This document shows, one piece after another, positions 11,001-18,624 of a DNA stretch of 64,000 nt (its first letter is position 1; each line of letters opens with the position of its first letter). The DNA comes from a virus, in the IMG/VR virus record IMGVR_UViG_3300008117_000001. One strand, written 5' to 3'. The notes beneath the pieces are model-generated. The model was given only the letters and a program-made list of their open reading frames with translations, had not been told where the DNA came from and did not search any database. Both the position numbers and the translations under genes were made by a program.

Positions 11001-12652
11001 AAGATGTAGTTCAAAATAATCCAGCACTTCATACGGGTTGGTTATATTTAGATGAAAACGAATATTACATATACTCTAATCCTGTCACAGATTCTGCTAC
11101 AGGAAGATTCTTTTCTCTGCCACTCAGTCAGTATCCTAGATCTGGCTCACCGATAATGGTGACAGTTGGTGAAGAAAATTATAGAAATATTCTTTTCGAA
11201 GACGCAGCAACGCCGGGTAATATTGTATTTAATAATACAGAAGATATTTATGGCAATGTAAGCAATGCCATTTATCTAGCATATGAAAATGTTGAAAACA
11301 TTTCAGTTAAAGACTCATATACTGGAGTTGAGTTATTTAGCAATTTATCAACCTCTACAAATGAACTCAGCTGCTTCAGTGAGGCCACACCGTCGGTTTA
11401 TGGAAGAAAATACACCGTCAATTACGATGTAAAAAATGCCTGGTATGTTGATAAAAATGTATACGATGAGAATACTGATAGCTATAATTCAAATATCTAC
11501 TTTAGCTCCACTCCTAATGCAAGTGAAATCTACTCTATTACCTATGAGTCTTCGCTAAATGACAATACCTATTCCATAGATCTATCCTTAGTCCCATCTA
11601 CCAATCCTATAGATGAAGGATTCATTTATGTGTCAAAAACAGACTACCCATTTAGTTCCGCCAAAACATTATTGTCTCCTGCAAATATATCCAATTCACA
11701 AGATGACTTGATGTATCTAACTATAATATCTTACGATGAAAATAATAATTTCAAGCCTGGTCAAACCTTCCATGTTTATGGAGATATAGTTTCAGCTACA
11801 CCAGCTTATGTCACAACAAATGACAATGGAATAGGGAAAGCCATAATTAGATATTCGTATACCGGAGAAGAAGTATACGAGTCAAGCAATTTATATGTAT
11901 CTGGAATTGGTTCGGCAACTCCATATGGTGGCATAAATAGCCAGAGTCAAGGTTATGTGACATCAGTGCCATTTGGTGTAAATATATCAGATCCCAAGAT
12001 CCTAAGATTAAAAGCCGCTCCATCTTCTCTGATAATCAACGCCGGCTCAGATCAAGGTATCTCCATAGTGGGACAGGTGGTTTGGGATGATCAGCCTTGG
12101 CCCAAGGTACTGCCTGTTTCCTGGAATAAGGCTAGAACACTAAAAGATTTGTTTGCAGCAACACCAGACTATACAACGTATACTTCTTCGGATGGAAAAT
12201 TGGAAATAGCCAATATTGCAACTGCGCAAGACTCAGCGACTCCGGGATACTGGTTTGCTAGAGTAAATATTTCAAATGAAGAGTACGCTAAAAGCATTTT
12301 GTTGGCAGATCAAGAAATTAATGCAGGACAAGACGTTACTATATCTGGAGATGTTATTTATTGGTATGAATCCTATGATACAATTCAGTATGACCAAGAA
12401 TTAAGCCCACCCTTACCCAATATTTATACTTCAAATAAACAGCAAGGTTCAGAAATCATAGCAACTCCTAACTTTGTTTATAAGCATAGCGATTCAAATA
12501 CTATTGTTTATAGTAGCGCAACTCCGAATTGGAGTCCGCCAAGATGGGTGCCGTTAAGAAAGTATGACCAATATCAAATGGGAATTTTTGGCTCAACACC
12601 AAACCATATATCTGATTATGAGTTAGTTCACCCGGATCATGAGGAACAATGA
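8054..12652 (+). CDS. Very large baseplate wedge/tail structural protein (1532 aa) with 15 Ala-Thr-Pro motifs
   Basis: Follows baseplate J. FDEFGAKVGLPRL..ETNARYKKRI resembles the wedge (gpI-like) motif. C-terminal VTTNDNGIGKAIIRY suggests an Ig-like (Big_1) strand pattern. Confidence 0.6.
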   Translation: MMKQYLLLLKSGDFNKSGNTWTSSAINLYKNSSFTNYSYVRSRYGLNTIGDNTYVGLELTSPSYNGDVATPLSDNAAYVTDIGEIVYDDATPSLLRFIDTTSKIDVLAYKHLFTNLPGTEVPTFNLQMYESDSEDGPWLKSILSFDSNVIFVRDCKPWIKIELEIFTETLDTSDLGLLFYLEIGIHDPIAPVASEHARNILKRFPTWTDMFADSENPATPSLFVPSSTAGKFLTALVQESLDNFDNELNLYDINHYISSADENMLAWAYVSYDVPVNILKVLGDDVPLIQMDSLASFYKSQLTDYVYYYSQTNKQIICMREFSSLTINDVEYDQYPLHVPNNFDEFGAKVGLPRLLLETNARYKKRILDVALNYPAAHIDGFKRTVRRELDIWKAYGVEPDSNYIGATPDVIEISDMEKTTPWFTPSGKPLKPFVDLIESINERYPSNIGYVRWEEGYWDYGGADGEGISSIPAIYDVETSASPQYYQPGVGDYADAKLILEAEEKATTSFSGYASISGVYIDGIEEVYAPIKVDYSWYLSYLKRVPDYEAGRRKSGVSQDVGVGLTYEISMATHNFYATPSTFYVNLNYLDRDDFYVGNRLPQNHPASPEYNLIRIFNDDGYTLSSLQFRDKTYNNIYYNASSSPSVNTINFDDVDSVKIVFSNGGWNHITQSYDKSLATANYRVAFTRSTPNTTWYANPSYGQSAELASPTQFSYRDASIRIGSTVYETKVESFNTQTITSSFYLNNNNDLTESGTQNYSMQIDSLVNRLIIPPEATPQYIHIDNVKPLGLTYFNGDTLISDIYGGAVINPDDNERYLVPSSPNISYKTYNSSNVEISTPEYFDSATINYNATPSYFTFESASNNFYPIYFTKYSSFTSQTTPQLFSGYIDSLENVYESTDEANNIFFNSDDFLKKISLSKDSFGLDSDTTYIVKDAQLISETQYIDPYVNNKNSLILGLTSAFADNENVDIDVRIARDAQDVVQNNPALHTGWLYLDENEYYIYSNPVTDSATGRFFSLPLSQYPRSGSPIMVTVGEENYRNILFEDAATPGNIVFNNTEDIYGNVSNAIYLAYENVENISVKDSYTGVELFSNLSTSTNELSCFSEATPSVYGRKYTVNYDVKNAWYVDKNVYDENTDSYNSNIYFSSTPNASEIYSITYESSLNDNTYSIDLSLVPSTNPIDEGFIYVSKTDYPFSSAKTLLSPANISNSQDDLMYLTIISYDENNNFKPGQTFHVYGDIVSATPAYVTTNDNGIGKAIIRYSYTGEEVYESSNLYVSGIGSATPYGGINSQSQGYVTSVPFGVNISDPKILRLKAAPSSLIINAGSDQGISIVGQVVWDDQPWPKVLPVSWNKARTLKDLFAATPDYTTYTSSDGKLEIANIATAQDSATPGYWFARVNISNEEYAKSILLADQEINAGQDVTISGDVIYWYESYDTIQYDQELSPPLPNIYTSNKQQGSEIIATPNFVYKHSDSNTIVYSSATPNWSPPRWVPLRKYDQYQMGIFGSTPNHISDYELVHPDHEEQ

Positions 12653-15600
12653 TGGAAAAATTTGTTAACTTGACAGATTCCAATAATGAAAAATCAATTA
12701 AGATTGGCCAGAATGCCCCAAGTGATTCCGCTGTTCTAGCTTGGTTTAATGTAGATCCAATTTCTCCTGAAAAAAATGTCACAATATTTGATTTATCAGG
12801 GACTATATTGGAAAATCGCATCCCACTTTCTGGTCAATCAGAACTAATGTATGCGGACGAGTTTGGCATTTTGACAAGGCCAGATGGGTCATCTATTATT
12901 TCAAATAACAACATAAGCGTTAGCAATGTATTTGTGGATAAAATTACATCTTCACAAAAAGTTGATCCTCTGCAAGTAGATAGTGATAATTTTGCTCATC
13001 ATTATTATGTCAGCAGATACTTTACTGTACTGCCAGCTGTCTTTTCTGTCATAACCTTAAATGATTATCTTGATAGCGCACGTATTTCGGAAGTTGGCAT
13101 AAAGATTATAGATCAGTATGGAAAAGAATACGTAGACGAAGACACCAATAAGCCTAAGTATAAAATATTATTGGAACCATTTAAAACTGATTATAATATA
13201 AACGATTCCGAACTTCCATACAAAATTTTAGTCTTCTTAGATACTACAACACCTGTTGGTCTAAAGTTAATTTATAATAAATTTGAAGTAGATGAAAAAG
13301 GAAAAAGACACAATCATCAGCTCAGGTATACCGAAAATATTAATTCGGTCCCAATGTTTAAGGAGCTACCAGAAGAGTCGTTTGTTATAGATCCAAATTA
13401 TATTGGATCAAATATTTTTTCTATTAAAAAAGTGGACAACAGATTCGTAAACACATATGGTCAATCTAATGTAATCAAAAATGGTTATCAAGCCATAGTG
13501 CCAAGCAAGGCTATTAAGGATTATAGAACATATGAAGTATTCAATTGGAGAATAATAGGCAGGGTTAAAAGAGCTCTTAATTTAACAGAAGTAAACTTTG
13601 GTTCCAATAGAACAGTAAATTCTTGCATACTATACTCTGGCGAAACTAGCAGTTCAAACATCAACCCATACACAATATATAGATTACAAAATTCACCTTT
13701 TAACTTATCTAACTTTAATTTTCAAAATCCATTAGCCAATACACAAAACAAAAACACCAGTGCGTACTGGCTTACAAATATTGATACCGTCAGCACGCAA
13801 GACTTATCTCAGTATGACATTATTTTTTGGTCACCAGATTTTTCAGTTACTCCACTTCAGGCGCAAAAGATCAATGATTACATCACAAATAAGTTTGGCA
13901 CTATATTCTTAGACTTAAGCAATTGCCCCAATGCTCAAAGATTGTTCTGTGGTTCACAATTGCAAATGGCCGAGTCAGTATCGGCAACCACCGCATCGAT
14001 GAATGCTGATAATTATATTATAGATTCCAATAAAAATGGTGGCTGGGATATAAATGATAACATTTTTGAAAAAACTTATTATGGTATATTTGGGTCTAGG
14101 TATACAAGAGATTTAAATCCTAAGACATATAAGTATTTTTCCAATACGACTTCTGGCAATAGTTTTGTTAAGGTTGGACCAACAACAGGATCCCAACAAA
14201 CTATAGGTACTGCTATATCATATTCTCCAGCTGTAGATAACTTATCTAAGGGCAATGTCATAGCTACAACCTTTCCTGTGATGGAATACTGCAATAAAGT
14301 GTATTCATTGTCAGCATCGGAAATACCAGTTAATGATAACAATGAAAGTACACACGCCGGAAATATTGAAACAGAAAATGTACTGCCAGCAATTATAGAA
14401 GGGCCGTTCAAACTGCTGTACAATACAATTTCTTATGCCCTTTATTCAAAGGCTAGATCGCAACAATCTTCTTCCGTCATATCTTCTTTAACTAATTTTG
14501 TTACAGACTGGAATTCATCATGGGTCATGTATAGTGACGCCCTGGATGACTCTGAGAAAAATGATTTTGAAATAACTCCAATTTCACCTTCAACATCAGT
14601 ATATGCCAGAGTACTGACCAAGAACGCAGCGTCAAGCAATACTAGTTTATTTAATTATTTTAAAGAAAAAATGTCATTAAAATTACCAGCAACACAAGTA
14701 TCAATTTTGTCAGAGATATCTGTTAATGATGTGGATTTTTTCATTGAAGTAACTAATCCTGATGTTTTAATTAAAGACGCAACCAAATTGTCGGACACTG
14801 ATTTGGCAAATATCAATGTACCATCTTCGTATAGTTTACATGAGATAAATGAATCAACCGGAGATACTGCGCATCCAGCAAATGCTGCAGCGTATGCATA
14901 TACCATAAAGTACTCAAAATCCCTTACTCCTATTTCCGGGATGGGACCATACGCCTTGCTGGAAAGGCCTATAAATAGTTCTTCAAGTAGACAGCTGCTA
15001 AGTGGATTTAATCCTTCTTCTGGTTTTCATTCGTATTCGTTTAGATTAAAGTCTTCTTTTGTTTCATATGAAGGAATTGATCAGCCGACAGTTTTCCAAA
15101 CTAAGTTAAATGGCGAATTAACATATGATTTAATGGGCACCATAAAGAGAACTAGAACTACTGTTATTGTTCCAGAGCCAGCGCTGAGAACTTTAAAGAC
15201 TTCTTCTATAAAATCTGCTATCGATGATTATGATTTATTAAGAGCTCAATCTACTTCTGAAACATCTAACGTATTCCCTTATACGGGCGACATCGAAATA
15301 CATGGCGAAACAAGAATATGGAAGCAGGGATGGGATTCGTCTGGTGATGGAACTGAAAGATTCTTGTCCATAGAAGATGCGCGTGCGGTAGGGGACTACC
15401 TTAGCTCTTTGTACATTTCAAATTATTATCAGCTAAATCCGCCAACAATCTATGCGTCGCCAGACAGAATTGAGCAAAGAATAAACAAAATACCAACATC
15501 TGTTGAAGTAGCAGCGCAAACCATTCCGCAGATGACATCTAGCTCTGATTTCAAGTCGATCAGTCTTGATTATCATAATCAGAATAAAATTCAGCTAGCT

Positions 15601-15867
15601 GGTCCAGGATATGACTCATTTATAATTGCCGAATGGAGATATTGGCTGAAAGATGGATCAATGTCAGGAAGATCTTATGATATTGGCATTGTATCAAAAT
15701 ATAGCCTAGGTGAATACAGCGTTCACATCGGTAAAGCTAAATCAGACGGTAAAGTACAAATGCTACTTAACTCTGGCAAGATAAGCCTCCAGCAACTAAA
15801 AGAAAAGTTGGGCCCAAGAGTTATTATACCAGCTGAATTTTTGACGAGAACAGCAAGAACATCTTAA
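12649..15867 (+). CDS. Large virion structural protein (1072 aa), central GATase-like/DUF4159-type alpha/beta segment
   Basis: Lies in the structural operon with ATGA overlap; S/N/T-rich. DLSQYDIIFWS...QKINDYITNKFGTIFLD resembles class-I-GATase-like folds. Confidence 0.5.
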   Translation: MMEKFVNLTDSNNEKSIKIGQNAPSDSAVLAWFNVDPISPEKNVTIFDLSGTILENRIPLSGQSELMYADEFGILTRPDGSSIISNNNISVSNVFVDKITSSQKVDPLQVDSDNFAHHYYVSRYFTVLPAVFSVITLNDYLDSARISEVGIKIIDQYGKEYVDEDTNKPKYKILLEPFKTDYNINDSELPYKILVFLDTTTPVGLKLIYNKFEVDEKGKRHNHQLRYTENINSVPMFKELPEESFVIDPNYIGSNIFSIKKVDNRFVNTYGQSNVIKNGYQAIVPSKAIKDYRTYEVFNWRIIGRVKRALNLTEVNFGSNRTVNSCILYSGETSSSNINPYTIYRLQNSPFNLSNFNFQNPLANTQNKNTSAYWLTNIDTVSTQDLSQYDIIFWSPDFSVTPLQAQKINDYITNKFGTIFLDLSNCPNAQRLFCGSQLQMAESVSATTASMNADNYIIDSNKNGGWDINDNIFEKTYYGIFGSRYTRDLNPKTYKYFSNTTSGNSFVKVGPTTGSQQTIGTAISYSPAVDNLSKGNVIATTFPVMEYCNKVYSLSASEIPVNDNNESTHAGNIETENVLPAIIEGPFKLLYNTISYALYSKARSQQSSSVISSLTNFVTDWNSSWVMYSDALDDSEKNDFEITPISPSTSVYARVLTKNAASSNTSLFNYFKEKMSLKLPATQVSILSEISVNDVDFFIEVTNPDVLIKDATKLSDTDLANINVPSSYSLHEINESTGDTAHPANAAAYAYTIKYSKSLTPISGMGPYALLERPINSSSSRQLLSGFNPSSGFHSYSFRLKSSFVSYEGIDQPTVFQTKLNGELTYDLMGTIKRTRTTVIVPEPALRTLKTSSIKSAIDDYDLLRAQSTSETSNVFPYTGDIEIHGETRIWKQGWDSSGDGTERFLSIEDARAVGDYLSSLYISNYYQLNPPTIYASPDRIEQRINKIPTSVEVAAQTIPQMTSSSDFKSISLDYHNQNKIQLAGPGYDSFIIAEWRYWLKDGSMSGRSYDIGIVSKYSLGEYSVHIGKAKSDGKVQMLLNSGKISLQQLKEKLGPRVIIPAEFLTRTARTS

Positions 15868-15879
15868 TTAAGGAATACT

Positions 15880-18624
15880 ATGGCTACGCACGAATACGTT
15901 AAATATATACAGTACACACTGGGTGCTGCAGGTTTCTATACAAAAGCAGTAGATGGAGATTATGGTTCATCAACCGCTTCCGCAGTAAGATCTTTTCAGA
16001 TTGCAAATAATCAAAGATACATTGACGGAAAAGTTGACAGTGAAACTAAATGGTATTTGGCCAAATATTGGCTTAATTTAATTGCAACAGATAATCAGTT
16101 ATTTGAATCCTGGAAAACGTTTGCCTCAGAGGATATTAGAAAATATATACAAAAGGTTGAAGAGATGGGTTTGGCGCCAGATATTGGTTCTGGTAAAACC
16201 TATAGAAAAACAACATTCACCGGAGTTGCTGGGCCAAGTCTGGCTTCTGATGTAATATTTTTTGAAATACCTCAATCAGTTCTAAGTGTTGAAAAAATAA
16301 TCATAGTTCCAGATCAAGACATTAGATGGAGAAATTATAAGGCCATTTCTTTTGGTTGGCATTCATCTTTTTCTACAAATATATTTGAATATCCAAACAT
16401 TGAGGCGCTGGATCTATCTGCGGTATCAACCAATATAGAAATTCCAATGAACGGAAGATCTGCAGAAAGCGTAAGATATGTATGGGTAAATCTTGTTGGT
16501 GGCGGAATATACGGCCTAGGTCAGGGTGAGGGGTTTGGCATTTCTGAAATCAATGTTGCAGCATTGGTAAAAGATCCAGATATAACACAGGTAGTAGATT
16601 ATGAGGACCCAATTAGAATTAACGTAAAAGCTAATTTTATTACTTCCTTAAACGATGTCACTCCATCTTCTCCGGCCTTGATTAATATTTCCAATGTAGA
16701 AAGAGTTTCGGCTCAGCAAACTCAATATGTTTCATCTCTTAGTTATTCTCCAGATGGAGTGAATCAAAGAGAATTAACTTTTACCAGTGAATCTGGTGTT
16801 AATCTTAATAGTGTTGACTACTTGTTGACTGGTGAGTATGAAATAAAGATTCCTAATTTTAGAAATAATGTGGTAGCTGGAACTTTTTCTTTGCAAAATT
16901 TAACTCTATCGGATACAACAAGTCTAGGTCAAACAGTTTCTGGTTCACCAATATCGATAAGGCAAACGCAAGAAAATAATGTTATACTAGAAACATCTAG
17001 CACATTTTATGGAGATGCACTTACCAGAACCACTGAGATAGACCTTTCTTCTGGTTATAGATTAAAGAATCGCCTGGGACAAATATTTCCTGAAGGAAAA
17101 AATTCAATTAATTATGGTGATGGAATATTGCTTCTATGCGATTCTAATGGCAAGCCAATAGGGCTGCCAACACTAGCGCAAATATCAGCATCAGTGTCAA
17201 ATCCTCAAACATTTTCTCAAGAAGAAAGGGATATAGCTTACGGTTATTTCTCGTTAGTTAATGAACTTCCTTCTGACGGTTTTAGATATGGTTTCTATGA
17301 TTTAAGTACCCAAGAGCTATTAGGGCATTCTTTAAGTTATGTCGACTTTTATACGAGGTCATCTTTTACTAATTTTGAAAATATATACATAGCCATTTGC
17401 GCCTTAGACTCAGATGGAGCGAATGGTGATAACGAGTTTGTTGGACAAAATAATTCAACAACATTTATTCCAACAAGAATACCATTGAAGTATTTAACTC
17501 CAATCTATTCCGTTAAGCACGGTGGTGGATCCGCTGTTCAAATAAATAACATTAGCGCCAATTTGTCAAAATTCGATGCATGGGAACTCCCAATCTCTAA
17601 TGGTTCTTTTAATAAGAAAATTAAAATAAAATCTTCAGTTCAATATACAGATTGGAAATCCATATATTCCGGACAAGAAATGTTGGCAGAATATTCTACA
17701 ATGGATTTATCTGATGTCTCTTGGTCTAAGATATATGGTTATGGTTACTATGATGTCGTTAACGAAAATCCTTTAATCATAGACAGTAAATCTATTAAAT
17801 TAAGAAGAACGCCAATTTTAAGTTGGAATCATAAAACAGATTACCGTCAGTCAATAGGTGGAATTGTCCGTCAAGAAGTTAACATTTATACTAGATCAAC
17901 GATTGATTCTCCTTGGGTGAAGGTCGATGACTCGTTGATATCAGATGTAGATTGTGAAAATGGATTAATCAAATTCAAAAAACGAATTATACCCAGCGAA
18001 ACAACACTGGTAAAAGTTGATTATTCTACAATAAACAAAAATTCTCTAGTTAGACACATTAATGGTACGCCTATACCGTTAAACCCATTTTTAAACTCTG
18101 ATAGCATACAATTTGATGAGCCAATGTATGTTTACTTGACGCCTAAAAATATCTATAAAAAGAATTCACCTAATCAGTCTGATGTAAATGTATTTAGTTA
18201 TGAAAAAGTAACAGAATTTCAATACAGCAATCCGGTTAATTTTACCTATAGTTCAACAATATTTGATGAAACATCAATAGACTACGATCCGTTTGCCCTG
18301 TGTGTAGCTATTATATATGTTACAAATAATCCAAATAAAGTTAAACCTAAATTATTTGACTTAAGATTAAGAGGAGGCGGAATTAAGGCTGACATTGAAA
18401 ACTCAGATATAATTAACGAAGTTCCTGAAATTCTATCCCATTGGGATACCTATCCCGCAAGCGGAACATCCTATATGAACGGTGGATATGTTATAATTAG
18501 AGTGCCTGAAAATGTTAAACAAAACTTTACTTCGCCACAAGAAATATATAATATTATTAGAAATAACTTAACAGCCGGAATTGTTTTCGATTTGCAAAAC
18601 ATGGAAGGGGAAGATTGGTCTTAA
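15880..18624 (+). CDS. Virion structural protein with N-terminal peptidoglycan-binding (PG_binding_1-like) domain
   Basis: VKYIQYTL...GFY..AVDGDYGSSTASAVRSFQ.....IDGKVDSET is the canonical PGBD pattern; AAGGAA RBS upstream. Confidence 0.7.
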   Translation: MATHEYVKYIQYTLGAAGFYTKAVDGDYGSSTASAVRSFQIANNQRYIDGKVDSETKWYLAKYWLNLIATDNQLFESWKTFASEDIRKYIQKVEEMGLAPDIGSGKTYRKTTFTGVAGPSLASDVIFFEIPQSVLSVEKIIIVPDQDIRWRNYKAISFGWHSSFSTNIFEYPNIEALDLSAVSTNIEIPMNGRSAESVRYVWVNLVGGGIYGLGQGEGFGISEINVAALVKDPDITQVVDYEDPIRINVKANFITSLNDVTPSSPALINISNVERVSAQQTQYVSSLSYSPDGVNQRELTFTSESGVNLNSVDYLLTGEYEIKIPNFRNNVVAGTFSLQNLTLSDTTSLGQTVSGSPISIRQTQENNVILETSSTFYGDALTRTTEIDLSSGYRLKNRLGQIFPEGKNSINYGDGILLLCDSNGKPIGLPTLAQISASVSNPQTFSQEERDIAYGYFSLVNELPSDGFRYGFYDLSTQELLGHSLSYVDFYTRSSFTNFENIYIAICALDSDGANGDNEFVGQNNSTTFIPTRIPLKYLTPIYSVKHGGGSAVQINNISANLSKFDAWELPISNGSFNKKIKIKSSVQYTDWKSIYSGQEMLAEYSTMDLSDVSWSKIYGYGYYDVVNENPLIIDSKSIKLRRTPILSWNHKTDYRQSIGGIVRQEVNIYTRSTIDSPWVKVDDSLISDVDCENGLIKFKKRIIPSETTLVKVDYSTINKNSLVRHINGTPIPLNPFLNSDSIQFDEPMYVYLTPKNIYKKNSPNQSDVNVFSYEKVTEFQYSNPVNFTYSSTIFDETSIDYDPFALCVAIIYVTNNPNKVKPKLFDLRLRGGGIKADIENSDIINEVPEILSHWDTYPASGTSYMNGGYVIIRVPENVKQNFTSPQEIYNIIRNNLTAGIVFDLQNMEGEDWS

